Of a DNA stretch of 64,000 nt, positions 26,821-37,394 are shown piece after piece (position 1 is the first letter of the stretch; the number at the start of each line of letters is the position of its first letter). The notes under the pieces are model-generated. The model did no database searches. It had not been told where the DNA came from and saw only the letters and a list, made by a program, of their open reading frames with translations. The position numbers and the translations under genes were made by a program. Source of the stretch: a bacterium (GTDB lineage: Bacteria; Electryoneota; Electryoneia; Electryoneales; Electryoneaceae); assembly GCA_020444265.1 (NCBI GenBank), contig JAHLLH010000011.1:26290-90289 (forward strand), given 5' to 3'.

Positions 26821-28905
26821 CTTCATCAACACCATCTTACGGACCTTGCTGACATCACCCGACGTGAGTTTATAGAAATAAACACCACTTGGCAGATCGT
26901 CAGCCATGAAGCTGATGCTGTGACTACCTGCAGCCATCGCACGATTTGCAAGCGTGGCGACTTCACGACCGAGTACATCATAGACCGCGAGCTTGACGTT
27001 CCCCGGAGCGTTCAGCGCGAAGCTGATCTGCGTGCTCGGGTTGAACGGGTTCGGGTAGTTCTGGTTCAGCTCGAACTGCTCGGGACGCAGGTTGGTCGCA
27101 TCGTCAACAGAACCGCCAACAAAGGGATTGCCTTCCCAGGCCCAGTCGTTCGGGTCGATGTACATATCCGTCGAATCGACGTGCAAGGGATAATTGCGAT
27201 GCCAGGCTTCGTTCGCGACAAACATGTCGATCAGTTCCTGCTTCGGCACACGGTGGTAGATCTGCGGGTTGTCCGTTGCAGCACCGGATCCTTCATCCGC
27301 GATCGGTGCCTGGATGCCGCCATCACGATCCATCGTGTAGAAGAAGTGCAGGTAGTCATCCCCATCCGGGCTGACCATGCTCATTTCACGTTCACCTTCG
27401 CCTTCACCGGAAGGAATCGCACCGCCGGTGCCGCTGGTGTTGGTGATGTTCACACCTTCCGTCCAACGCTTTCCATTGTCTGGAGAGGCGGAGACCCAGA
27501 TCTCAGCGTTGATGTAGTGGGCAGCATTAGCATCGGCAGCCCAGCCACCTTCAACCGTATCCGTCTCAACACCGTATTGAACCCAACTTGCCCAGAGAAT
27601 GCCTGTAGCATCGTCCTTCTGAATCAGGGGCGAGTCAACGATCAACTCCCACGCCGGTGCATAGCCGGTGAACCAGCTCAAGCCATCCGCGAATTCGCTG
27701 AAGGTCTGGTCCTGATCATTCCAATAGAAGCAACGGCCACCACGTGAGCTGGCGCCGGTGGAACGGTAGTAGTCAAGCATCAATACGTTGAACGCAGCAT
27801 GCAGAACATCATCCTGGTCATACTGCAGGTCGATGTTGGTGTAGGCGCGCAGAGTATCCATATTCGAACCGGTTGTGTCGCCCGGATCGAGTTCCACAGG
27901 CGCGATGAAATCGGTCATGTTAATGGGGTTGTCAAAATCCCAGGTCACGCCGGCATCTGTGCTGGTCCAAAGGTAAATGTCGTTGTTGCTCTGCGAAGCA
28001 CGGGTATCTTCCCAAGAGGAGGGACCCTCGCCCTGCAGGAACCGACTTGCGGTCTGACCGAGGGTGACCAGGGAACCATCATCTGACGCTGCCAACGCAC
28101 CGGACAGGTTCATCGCAACTTCAGTAACCAGGCGCTGATTGATACCGTCCGGCATCGAAGAGACTGCCAGCGAATTCACAGGATCCCACTCTGCACGGTG
28201 GTAGAAAAGCTTTGTATCGTCGGTATCATAGCCGTTGATGAGGGTGTGGAAATAGAGCGTCCCATCATGGGTGGCTGTCACCATACGGGGCCAAAGCCCT
28301 TCGACACCTGCGTAGTGCGGGATGTCATAGGCCTGGAAGAAGCCAGGTACGAAAGGTGACTCAGAGCCGATCCTGCTTGAATAAGCGTAATCACCGGTGC
28401 CAGGAGCATGGTAGTTGATGTACGGCGCCCCGTTGACAGGATCGACGTGGAGTTCCTGGTAGGCTGACCAACCTTCCGTGTTGACACTCGACCCATTAAA
28501 ATCACTGTCCAGGTAGGGCGCACCCTCTTCGAAGAGAATTTTCACATACCTCGAGTCCGATGTACCATCTGCGGAAGCGCGGTAGCACCAGCTTACCTGC
28601 ACGGACTGGTCATCACCTTCCCCATGAACTGCAATCATGCGGCCAATGGTACCATTGTGCTGCATATCGCGCCAAGTGGTGCCGACCCACAGAGTGTCCC
28701 CAACCTGCTCATCCAGCTCATTGTGATGAGCATAGGGTACATCCACGCTCGACTCAGTTGGAGTCGTGGAATGCCAGATTTCCTGATCAGGCGTCGATTT
28801 CATCGCCTGTTCCGGCAATGCATAGGCTGAACCTGCGATGCCAACCATGAGCACAGCCGCTATCAACCAACCCTTTACAACCTTCATCTCTCTCTCCTTT
28901 TGCAC
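26818..28905 (-). CDS. BNR/Asp-box repeat secreted protein with T9SS CTD, paralog 5
   Basis: GDTLWVGTTWRDMQHN; STDAGVTWDFDN; SPDNGKRW; C-terminal ...VYFYKLTSGDVSKVRKMVLMK. Confidence 0.8.
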   Translation of the reverse strand: MQKEREMKVVKGWLIAAVLMVGIAGSAYALPEQAMKSTPDQEIWHSTTPTESSVDVPYAHHNELDEQVGDTLWVGTTWRDMQHNGTIGRMIAVHGEGDDQSVQVSWCYRASADGTSDSRYVKILFEEGAPYLDSDFNGSSVNTEGWSAYQELHVDPVNGAPYINYHAPGTGDYAYSSRIGSESPFVPGFFQAYDIPHYAGVEGLWPRMVTATHDGTLYFHTLINGYDTDDTKLFYHRAEWDPVNSLAVSSMPDGINQRLVTEVAMNLSGALAASDDGSLVTLGQTASRFLQGEGPSSWEDTRASQSNNDIYLWTSTDAGVTWDFDNPINMTDFIAPVELDPGDTTGSNMDTLRAYTNIDLQYDQDDVLHAAFNVLMLDYYRSTGASSRGGRCFYWNDQDQTFSEFADGLSWFTGYAPAWELIVDSPLIQKDDATGILWASWVQYGVETDTVEGGWAADANAAHYINAEIWVSASPDNGKRWTEGVNITNTSGTGGAIPSGEGEGEREMSMVSPDGDDYLHFFYTMDRDGGIQAPIADEGSGAATDNPQIYHRVPKQELIDMFVANEAWHRNYPLHVDSTDMYIDPNDWAWEGNPFVGGSVDDATNLRPEQFELNQNYPNPFNPSTQISFALNAPGNVKLAVYDVLGREVATLANRAMAAGSHSISFMADDLPSGVYFYKLTSGDVSKVRKMVLMK

Positions 28906-29142
28906 TCAATCCCAAATGTCAAATCAGTCTTATACTGCATCTCGCTGCAAGGGTCCACCCGTCAACGGACAGCAATCCGGACATGGTTCTCACCCATTGA
29001 TGCGTGCGAGGTATATGTTCGGCGGGGACAAACACGATCCTCCCGGGCAGTATCGGAAGGATTATCTCAAACTACTCAATCACGAGGTCTGGAGACAACT
29101 ACTGACCTCTGTTCTGTTCATCTTCACATCTGCCTGATTCTG

Positions 29143-29973
29143 TCACCCGACCAATTTGCCTGCCAGGTTCATCATTCCGGTTACGATCGGTCCGCCGAAC
29201 ATGTAGACCGTCCACGCACCCACGGCAAGGGCTGTCCCGAAGGGGATTTGTGCTTCTTTCACCGACCCTCTGGATGCCTGGGTCGCGTAGGCCCAGATCA
29301 GGGTCGCGATCAGGGCGATCACGGCGGAGAAGAGCATGGTCAGGATTAACATCATGGGCGTCATATAAAGCGCAAACGCCACAGTCATTGTCACATCCCC
29401 ACTCCCAAGCGCCTCTCTCTTCCGCAGCACAAACCGTGCAATCAGGTAGATCAGGGTGAAGAAGATAGCGGCGATGGCCGCAGAAATTAACGGGTCGAGC
29501 AGGTAAGCCAGACCACCGCGCAGGAAGGCGATCAGCAGTCCAAACAGGGCCATCGGAAGGACAATCTGGTCTGGCAGGGTACGGGTTTCGAAATCGATCA
29601 CGGCAAGGGCAATCAAGTGCCAGCCCAGGATAATCCCGCCAACCGTATCCCAAGTCATCCCGTATCGCAGAAAAGCCACTACGGCAACCAGGCCACCGAG
29701 GAATTCAACCAGCGGATAGCGGGGTTTGATGGGCCAACCGCAGGTCCGGCAACGTCCCTGTAAGAAGAGGTACGAGATCACCGGAATGTTTTCCCACGGG
29801 CGTATCGGTGTCTTGCACTGCGGACAGCGACTGGCAGGCAGTACAATCGATTCCGCACGCGGAATGCGGTGAATGATCACGTTTAAAAAACTGCCGACCG
29901 CCAGGCCAACGATCCCAGCAAAGATCGCGACGAGTGCGGTCGGCAGTGTATTCACTAGTTCCTGAACGCCCAT
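29143..29973 (-). CDS. pilD: Prepilin peptidase / N-methyltransferase (A24 family)
   Basis: GSFLNVIIHRIP...CPQCKTPIRPWENIPVISYLFLQGRCRTCG zinc-binding motif; a polytopic membrane protein. Confidence 0.9.
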   Translation of the reverse strand: MGVQELVNTLPTALVAIFAGIVGLAVGSFLNVIIHRIPRAESIVLPASRCPQCKTPIRPWENIPVISYLFLQGRCRTCGWPIKPRYPLVEFLGGLVAVVAFLRYGMTWDTVGGIILGWHLIALAVIDFETRTLPDQIVLPMALFGLLIAFLRGGLAYLLDPLISAAIAAIFFTLIYLIARFVLRKREALGSGDVTMTVAFALYMTPMMLILTMLFSAVIALIATLIWAYATQASRGSVKEAQIPFGTALAVGAWTVYMFGGPIVTGMMNLAGKLVG

Positions 29974-29997
29974 GATTCTCCGAACCGTTCAGCCGGT

Positions 29998-31251
29998 TTA
30001 GCCAAGACCGGCGCGCATAACACGACCGATCTGGAAAATAGGCAGGTAAATCGAGACGACAATGACAATCACAACCGCACCGAGCATCATAATCATCAAC
30101 GGCTGAATCAAGCTCGTCATCCGTTCGACCACCGCTTCCACCTGCTTCTCGTAGAAGTAGGAGGCGCGTTCCAACAGACGGTCCATTTCACCAGTTTCTT
30201 CACCGGTCGCTACAAGCTGAACCATGGTCGAGGGGAACACACCGGTTTTCTTCAGCGCCACTGAAATGGCGAAACCATCCCTGATCATAGTTTTAACATC
30301 ATCCAGCGCCTTCTTGAACACCCGGTTTCCAACCACCTTTTGACAGTGGTTGACCGATTCAAGCACCGGGACACCTGCACCCATCAGGATGCCGAATGTC
30401 TTGGCGAAACGGGTCATCATGCTGTCTTGATGGAGCTGGCCGAGAACCGGGAACTTGAGACGGAAGCTGTCGTAAATCAGCCCGCCTCGTTCGGTCAGCG
30501 TAAGAATCCAGCCGACAATGAAGACAACTATGGCCAAGCTGGCAAACTGGAAGAAGTTTTCACTTAATATCTGGCTCAAACCGACCAGCAGACGAGTCTG
30601 GAGAGGCAGACGCGCACCGAAGCTGGCATAAATGTCGGTAAACCGCGGGACAATGAAGACCAGCAACCCGGCTAGAATACCGAACATGAAGATGATGACG
30701 ATGGTTGGATAGGTCAACGCGGAAATCACTTTCCGGCGTGTATCGGCCATCGACTCAAGGAAATCACTGAGCTGCTCGAGAACGACATGCAACGAACCGG
30801 AAATCTCACCGGCATTCACCAGGGCGACAAACAGGTTGTCAAATACACCCGGGTGCTGTGCAAGAGCATCAGACAGCGCTTTGCCTCGCTTCAGGTCGTT
30901 GGCGATTGCCGCCAGGGTCTTCCTGAACCGGGGGTGACGCTCTTCCTGCATCAGGTTCGCAATCGACTTCTCAATGGTCAAACCGGCAGAGAACATCGTT
31001 GAGAGCTGGCGTGTGAAGAAGACCAGCGTCTGCAACGGCACCGCCGTACGCATCTTGTAAATCGTGGTTGAGATCTGATCGACGATCGACGCACTATTTG
31101 CCTGATCTGCGATTTTGATCTCACGCAGGGAGACAATCTTCGCCCCGCGTTTCGTCAACTGACTCCAAGCCGCCTCATAACTGGCGGCGCGCAAACGGTC
31201 TTCCTTCCGCGTGCCATCCGGTTCTGTGACGATGTACGAAAAATTCGGCAT
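29998..31251 (-). CDS. pilC: Type IV pilus inner-membrane platform protein (GspF/PilC family)
   Basis: There are two GspF-type domains (…LSTMFSAGLTIEKSIANL…, …FAKTFGILMGAGVPVLESV…). The protein has three TM segments and is ~417 aa. Confidence 0.85.
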   Translation of the reverse strand: MPNFSYIVTEPDGTRKEDRLRAASYEAAWSQLTKRGAKIVSLREIKIADQANSASIVDQISTTIYKMRTAVPLQTLVFFTRQLSTMFSAGLTIEKSIANLMQEERHPRFRKTLAAIANDLKRGKALSDALAQHPGVFDNLFVALVNAGEISGSLHVVLEQLSDFLESMADTRRKVISALTYPTIVIIFMFGILAGLLVFIVPRFTDIYASFGARLPLQTRLLVGLSQILSENFFQFASLAIVVFIVGWILTLTERGGLIYDSFRLKFPVLGQLHQDSMMTRFAKTFGILMGAGVPVLESVNHCQKVVGNRVFKKALDDVKTMIRDGFAISVALKKTGVFPSTMVQLVATGEETGEMDRLLERASYFYEKQVEAVVERMTSLIQPLMIMMLGAVVIVIVVSIYLPIFQIGRVMRAGLG

Positions 31252-31275
31252 AACCGCGCTCCGTCCTGGCTTACG

Positions 31276-32997
31276 CTACTCTGTGGTCACGCGCAATACT
31301 TCTGCAAGAGTGGTAATGCCGCGTTCCGCCTTGCTGATCCCGTGCAGGCGAAGCGTCTCCATCCCTTGCTCAATCGCGGTGTCGCGGATCTCGTCCTGGC
31401 TGGCATTTTCGAAAATTAAACGGCGAATCTCAGGGGATACCTGGAGAATTTCGAAGATGCCTGTACGACCGTAGTACCCGGTGTCGCGGCAATGCACACA
31501 GCCGCGCCCCTTGTACCATGTCTTTTTCTTGCCTTCTTCCGGATCGATGTCAACGTACTCAAGCTCCCAATCCTTCGGAGTGTACTCTTCCTTACAGTGC
31601 GTACAGATGGTACGCACGAGACGCTGGGCCATCACCAACAATAGCGAAGAACCTGCCAGGAAGGGTGGAACACCGATATCGATCAAACGGGTAACTGTGG
31701 ACGGCGCATCGTTCGCGTGAACGGTCGAGAACACAAGGTGACCCGTCAGCGAGAACTTGACCGCGATATCTGCTGTTTCTTCATCTCGAATTTCACCGAT
31801 GAGCAGGCGGTCAGGGTCCTGACGCAGAATCGACCGGAGGCTCGCGGCGAAGGTCAGCCCGATCTTCGGCTTGACCTGCACCTGGTTAATCCCGTCCAGG
31901 TGATATTCGACCGGATCCTCGACCGTGGTGATGTTGTCCTCGGTGCTCATAATTTCCTGCAGCGAGGCATACAAAGTGGTCGATTTACCCGAACCGGTCG
32001 GTCCGGAAACAATGATCATGCCGTAAGGCTTGATGATGTTCCGCTTGAAGATCTTGAAGTGATGATCTTCAAAACCGAGGGTGGAAAGGCTGAACCCGAA
32101 GCTGCCCTTGTCGAGCAGACGCATGACGACCTTTTCGCCATTCACAGTCGGCAGGATCGAAACACGAACGTCCACCTCGCGCTCCTTGCTGCGGATGGTG
32201 AATCGACCATCCTGCGGCAGACGCTTTTCGGCGATGTTCAGCTTCGCAATAATCTTGATACGGGCAACAATACCGCTGTGGGCGTTTTTCGGCGGCTCCA
32301 TGACGCTGGTTAGCACGCCGTCTACACGGTACCGTACTTCGACGTTGTTTTCTTTCGGCTCAATGTGGATATCCGTTGCACGCTCTTTCATCCCTTCGCC
32401 GATGATCATATTCACCAGCTTGATGATTGGCGCATCTTCATCCGCTTTGGCCTTGGTCATGTCGACCATGCCCTCGTCGCCCTCTTCCGACTCGGCGAAG
32501 AAGTGCAGGTCTCCGATGACCTCTTTGGTCTCTTTCTGCTTACGGATACGGACATAGAGCTGTTCGATGGCGCGGCGAATCCCCTGGGGTGCTGCCATCG
32601 CAACCTGGAGTTCAATCCCTTCACCGGCGATCTTGTTCAGGTTGTCAATCGCGATGATATCATCCGGATCGGACATCGCCACCCAGAGAGTGTTATCCTC
32701 TCGACGAACGGCGAGCAGAGTGTTTTCTTTCGCAAACTCTTCCGGAACGGTTCTCACCACGTCTTCACGAGATTCGAGCAATTGCTCGTTCGTGAAGTAT
32801 CGATACCCCATTTGCTTGGAAAGCCCGAAATAAACATTCTCCTCGACCGCGAACCCGAGAGCGACAAGACTTTCGCCTAACTTCAGGTTCTTCTCGGTGG
32901 CTTCATCAAGGCTCTTACTGAGCTGATCTTCGTTGATGAAGCCCTCTTCGAGGAGGATTTGCCCCAATTTCGGTGCAGCGCCGAAATCCGCCATCAT
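31276..32997 (-). CDS. pilB: Type IV pilus assembly ATPase (GspE/PilB family)
   Basis: The N-terminal GspE_N domain is followed by Walker A VSGPTGSGKSTTLYA, an Asp box, and a tetracysteine CTHCKEE...CVHC motif. Confidence 0.9.
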   Translation of the reverse strand: MMADFGAAPKLGQILLEEGFINEDQLSKSLDEATEKNLKLGESLVALGFAVEENVYFGLSKQMGYRYFTNEQLLESREDVVRTVPEEFAKENTLLAVRREDNTLWVAMSDPDDIIAIDNLNKIAGEGIELQVAMAAPQGIRRAIEQLYVRIRKQKETKEVIGDLHFFAESEEGDEGMVDMTKAKADEDAPIIKLVNMIIGEGMKERATDIHIEPKENNVEVRYRVDGVLTSVMEPPKNAHSGIVARIKIIAKLNIAEKRLPQDGRFTIRSKEREVDVRVSILPTVNGEKVVMRLLDKGSFGFSLSTLGFEDHHFKIFKRNIIKPYGMIIVSGPTGSGKSTTLYASLQEIMSTEDNITTVEDPVEYHLDGINQVQVKPKIGLTFAASLRSILRQDPDRLLIGEIRDEETADIAVKFSLTGHLVFSTVHANDAPSTVTRLIDIGVPPFLAGSSLLLVMAQRLVRTICTHCKEEYTPKDWELEYVDIDPEEGKKKTWYKGRGCVHCRDTGYYGRTGIFEILQVSPEIRRLIFENASQDEIRDTAIEQGMETLRLHGISKAERGITTLAEVLRVTTE

Positions 32998-33089
32998 GGA
33001 CCCTATCCCTTCTTTCTACTGGAACGGGGAGTGACCCTCGCGGGCCACTCCCCGCCCTTCAACTTACGTCATGTTGCGAACGACAGATC

Positions 33090-35480
33090 TTACTCTGTTC
33101 CACCACCCTGGTAGAGGAAGACGGTGAACGGTTCGATGTTCGCATCTTCCACACCAACGATCTCAGCGTTGATGGTGCAGGTATTGATCGGTGCAGTCGG
33201 ATCCGGGAACGCTTCGACCTGGGTAATCAGCAGGTAGCGCTTGCAGACACCTTCAGGATCATCATCCGGAACTTCAGACTGATAGTCCGCCGGGCCGGTC
33301 AGTGCATACGGACGCTGCGGGTTCTGCGGAAGCAGGGTCGCGGTGTCATACATCCGGCCAAACTGCGGGCTGTAGTGAATCTCCTGGTCGTTGATCAAGT
33401 GCTGGTGGCCATCATAGACATAGATTGTCACCAGAATCTGAGCATAACCCGGGTTCGGAACGTGCTGGTCAAAGTGGAAGTTCGAGGGCGACACGTTCAT
33501 CACACCCACCGCTCGCTGAATCGGCAGCTTGAGGGTGTAGGTGTCGGTCGCGAGCAGACCGTCAGAACCACGAATGACCTGCGCTGAAACGTTCACAACC
33601 TGGTTCGTCAGGCGGCTGTGGTAGGCGAGCCCGGTGAAAGCAACTCCCCGTTCCGGGTTATCAGTGATCGGACCAATGTTGCCAGTGAAACCATCACCAA
33701 TGTGCGCGTCTTCGTTATCCAGTGTGAAGATCACCTGGTAGCCGTCCGCGACATCATTGTTCATGCTATCCTGGACACGGGCGGACACTTCAAGCAACCA
33801 GACCGCACCACCACCATCTTCCGCTTCGCCGCGATTGTCAACTTCGACATATTCCGGCGGACCGGCGACAACAGCGACACCATCGTAGTTCGCGACTACC
33901 GAATCGGTGCGCGCAGCATCAAGGTAGGTCCATGCCTTCAGACGCATACCACCCTTGCGGCTACCCGCTGTCAGGGTGATGGCTGCTTCCCCGCCGTTGG
34001 TTACCGTGGAGTCAAACGGCAAGCCATAGCCGGAGCCGGGATGAAGCGGATCATCGTACGGGCTGTCTGTACCATCGCTCTCACCGACGATAATGCGAGC
34101 TTCATCGGTATTCTGATACTGGAACTGGGTTAGCAGGAAGAAAACCTTCTTGCCATCTTCGACCGCGTTGCCGTTCTGGTCGGTAACCATCGCGCGAAGC
34201 TGCGTGGTCGAAATTCCGTTGGTCCCAAAGACCGCGATACGAGTCGTATCGGCAGCCATCTGAAGCTGCTGCGCGGAACCGGTGACCACTTCAACCGTGT
34301 CGACAAAGACACTATTGAATGTGGGGCCCGAGCTCGCTTCGATCGTCCAGGTGCCGTAGCGCAGGTTGGTCGAGAGTGTGGCTGTGGTCATACCGGTATC
34401 ATCGGTCAGTACGGGTGTACTGATCGAACCGGCAACCTGACCATCAAGGATGTTACGAACACGGACGTAGAGCTGGAGCTGGCCAACGCCGTTGTTGTTC
34501 TCGTCGTATGCAACCAGGGTCACCGTCGACTGCTGCGATTCACCCGGGGCAACCACCATCCGGTTCGGATCGGCGTTGACAAAGATCGAGGAAACACGGG
34601 AGTTGGACGGGGTCATGCTGACTATGATCGTATCGGAGGTCACACTTGCGGCGATCTGGCGGTTGCCTTTGCCCTTCGACTGGCGGACCGGCGCTGCCGG
34701 TGGTTCTTCGCCATTGCCGTCATCATTCGAGGACGCCATCTTGCCGTTGCCGCCACCACCGATGTACGTAATCTCGCCACCCGGATTGACAAACGCACGA
34801 ACCTGGGTTTCCACTGCTTCGTCAACAGCGTCGACAGTCAGGGTTGAGAGATAGGCGTTATCCGTGGTGCTGTATTCCGGCAGGCTCAGGGTACCAGTAC
34901 CGTTCAGAAGCTGAAGTCGGATCGGTACACCCGATACTGCCACACCAAGGTTGTCCTGGATGCGAATCTTCAACTCAGCCTGGCCCTGCTCACCGGTAAC
35001 CACTTCCTGGGTCGCCGGGGTTGCGGTCATGCTGACACGGACATCTTCCACAGAGATGGCAACAGTCCTGTTGACCGTAATACCATTGCAAACTGCGCTG
35101 ATGACTGTGGATGTATCGAGAAGCGAAGTAATAACAAATTTACCCGTTACTTCACCGTTCTCATCGGTCACATTCTCGTTCGGAAGGGACATCGATCCCG
35201 GACCGGTAAGCGTAAACTCGATGGTCGCTTCTTCGACCGTCGTGTTGTCACTACGCTTGGCGACAGCGGTAACTGAAATCGAATCCGTTTCGCCATAGTA
35301 GTTTGCGATGCTGGTCCGGCCGACGGTCAGAGCGACAATTGCCACTTCACCATCGTTCGGTGTCGGGTTTTCCCCTCCACCACCACCTGGAGTCGTTGGA
35401 TCCTCCGTACATGCCACAAAGAGGAATGCCACCATCAGCACCATCATGAGGGCCGTCAGAGTAAACCGTACACGTTGCAT
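33090..35480 (-). CDS. Large lipoprotein with multiple bacterial Ig-like (Big/invasin-type) domains, embedded in the pilus cluster
   Basis: The likely start is MQRVRFTLTALMMVLMVAFLFVAC (lipobox LFVAC), preceded by a GAGGAGG RBS. There are repeated ~90-aa Ig-like units with VTDxNGNAV-type motifs. Confidence 0.6.
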   Translation of the reverse strand: MQRVRFTLTALMMVLMVAFLFVACTEDPTTPGGGGGENPTPNDGEVAIVALTVGRTSIANYYGETDSISVTAVAKRSDNTTVEEATIEFTLTGPGSMSLPNENVTDENGEVTGKFVITSLLDTSTVISAVCNGITVNRTVAISVEDVRVSMTATPATQEVVTGEQGQAELKIRIQDNLGVAVSGVPIRLQLLNGTGTLSLPEYSTTDNAYLSTLTVDAVDEAVETQVRAFVNPGGEITYIGGGGNGKMASSNDDGNGEEPPAAPVRQSKGKGNRQIAASVTSDTIIVSMTPSNSRVSSIFVNADPNRMVVAPGESQQSTVTLVAYDENNNGVGQLQLYVRVRNILDGQVAGSISTPVLTDDTGMTTATLSTNLRYGTWTIEASSGPTFNSVFVDTVEVVTGSAQQLQMAADTTRIAVFGTNGISTTQLRAMVTDQNGNAVEDGKKVFFLLTQFQYQNTDEARIIVGESDGTDSPYDDPLHPGSGYGLPFDSTVTNGGEAAITLTAGSRKGGMRLKAWTYLDAARTDSVVANYDGVAVVAGPPEYVEVDNRGEAEDGGGAVWLLEVSARVQDSMNNDVADGYQVIFTLDNEDAHIGDGFTGNIGPITDNPERGVAFTGLAYHSRLTNQVVNVSAQVIRGSDGLLATDTYTLKLPIQRAVGVMNVSPSNFHFDQHVPNPGYAQILVTIYVYDGHQHLINDQEIHYSPQFGRMYDTATLLPQNPQRPYALTGPADYQSEVPDDDPEGVCKRYLLITQVEAFPDPTAPINTCTINAEIVGVEDANIEPFTVFLYQGGGTE

Positions 35481-35670
35481 ACAACACCTCCTCGTTCGGC
35501 GGGTCGAACCCCAACCGTCAGAAGACCCGTCCGCCGCCGCAGACGGTCTGTCGGGAGCAGACCCCGTAGCACCATGTGCCATCGTTGCCCGCACATTCAT
35601 GGCCTTATCATTGGCCTTACGTTTTATGCGCCCACTGATACAGCTTCCCCGGCGCTTTCATGTTTTCGTG

Positions 35671-37356
35671 TTACAACGTCCTCACGACCAGCACATAGAG
35701 GGTGGCGAACTGGAGAATGATGCCGACAACATCTCGGAACAACTCCCAATCGGTCCCTACCGGCTTGGCCGGAACGAAAATCATTGACCCCGCTTCGACA
35801 GGTGTCCCGCCACTCGGATGCTGCCAGAGGGGAGATTCATACCCGACAAGCCGTGCGCGGCTCTTGTGTGCGCCCTTGGCGTACCCACCAGCCACTGAGA
35901 TGTAGTCCCCGTAATCACCACCCTCGATAAAGGGATAGTATCCCGGCTTCTCCACCTGGCCAGAGACAAGCACCATTTCCGGCTTACGCGGAATGTCAAC
36001 GATCAAACTGTCAAACAGGGCGACATCGGCATCACTGTTTACGCTGCCGTTGTCCCCGAAAATGCGCTCCATCTCAACCGGGAAATAATCACGGGACTGG
36101 GTGCGCCAGTAATACTTCAAAAACTCAACATCCATCGCGTCGCGATCTGCGCCGACGAGTGTGTCAATCCGTGCCGCTTCGGTCACCCGAAAATCGCTGG
36201 TGGACATCTCACGGAAAATCCGTCCAGCTGGCAGGTAAGCATAGTCGGTCAATCCACCGGCACGAGCCACGAGGTCCGACAACCGGGTCTCACCTGCAAT
36301 GATCGGATAGACTCCCGGCCGCTTCACTTCGCCACGCAGGGTAATGCTGGCACTTCGCGGTCGGCTCATGACCTCCGGCACATTGACCAGATCGCCAGGA
36401 AACAACTCCGGACCCCGCTGCCCCGCTTCACGAATCTCGGAAAGATTGTAAAACGTGGTTTCAGCAGGCCCATCCTGGTCAAACCGGACAAGCTCGACCG
36501 AATCGGTCACTGCAAAGCTGCTCGTCCCCCCAGCCACTTCAATCAGGTCTGCGAGGTGATCGCCTTGCACATACTCGTAGGTTCCAGCCACCCGAACACC
36601 ACCACCAACCTGGATCGTTGGACCGTGCTGTTCTTTTGTTTCAACAATCAGATGGTCGCCGGAGACCATGCGCGGATTCGCATCCTTGCTTCCTGAACGC
36701 AGGTAGCGCAGGAGATCCACATGCCGGGTGCTGCCATCCTGACGTGTCAGCCATGCTCGCCTTAGCGAAGCCTCTTTCACGATCAGGCCGCCTGCAAGCT
36801 GCATCAGGGTGGTGGCACGATCCGCACCGGTGACGATGTATTCACCGGGCAAGTTTACCGCACCGCCAACCGAGACTCGCATCGGGCGAAGCTGCACCAG
36901 GGTGATGTCAACCTGGGAACCTTCCCCGCCACCCCAAAGCACTCGAGCCGTATCTTTGGCGGCGGCGAGGGTCAATCCACCAAGCCTGATCAATGGCAGC
37001 CTTGGTACCAGAAGCGTTCCATCCGGGCTGATCATCGACTGGAAAAACCAGCCTGATCCACTTCGCAGGTTGACGCCGATGACATCGCCGGGTCCAAGAA
37101 CGTAGACCTCGGGATCAATCGGTTCATCCAATGCAAAGACCGCTTCTTCCGGCACACGCAGGGGAATGTCCAGTTCACCCAGTCCGAGTACTTCGGACGG
37201 CTTCTGCTGGGCCATTTCCTCTGCTCCGAACAGGCTGGAGCGCCCGCTGGAGGTCTGCGCGAACAGACCTGCCTGCACAGTCAGCAACAGGAATACGAGG
37301 AGGCTGAAAGCCTTTATCCAACGGCGAACTACCATGTTCAAGCGCTTCTCACACAT
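35671..37356 (-). CDS. Wza-like polysaccharide-export / SLBB-domain outer-membrane protein, immediately downstream of pilQ
   Basis: The N-terminal Poly_export-like segment (GPGDVIGVNL) is followed by several SLBB-like repeats (VxVxGxVxxPGxY: VGGAVNLPGEY, VGGGVRVAGTY, LRGEVKRPGVY, VSGQVEKPGYY). The C-terminus is a hydrophobic helix. Confidence 0.55.
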   Translation of the reverse strand: MCEKRLNMVVRRWIKAFSLLVFLLLTVQAGLFAQTSSGRSSLFGAEEMAQQKPSEVLGLGELDIPLRVPEEAVFALDEPIDPEVYVLGPGDVIGVNLRSGSGWFFQSMISPDGTLLVPRLPLIRLGGLTLAAAKDTARVLWGGGEGSQVDITLVQLRPMRVSVGGAVNLPGEYIVTGADRATTLMQLAGGLIVKEASLRRAWLTRQDGSTRHVDLLRYLRSGSKDANPRMVSGDHLIVETKEQHGPTIQVGGGVRVAGTYEYVQGDHLADLIEVAGGTSSFAVTDSVELVRFDQDGPAETTFYNLSEIREAGQRGPELFPGDLVNVPEVMSRPRSASITLRGEVKRPGVYPIIAGETRLSDLVARAGGLTDYAYLPAGRIFREMSTSDFRVTEAARIDTLVGADRDAMDVEFLKYYWRTQSRDYFPVEMERIFGDNGSVNSDADVALFDSLIVDIPRKPEMVLVSGQVEKPGYYPFIEGGDYGDYISVAGGYAKGAHKSRARLVGYESPLWQHPSGGTPVEAGSMIFVPAKPVGTDWELFRDVVGIILQFATLYVLVVRTL

Positions 37357-37394
37357 GTATTAACAGGAGGACGGCAGAAGCCGTCCGCGAGGAC

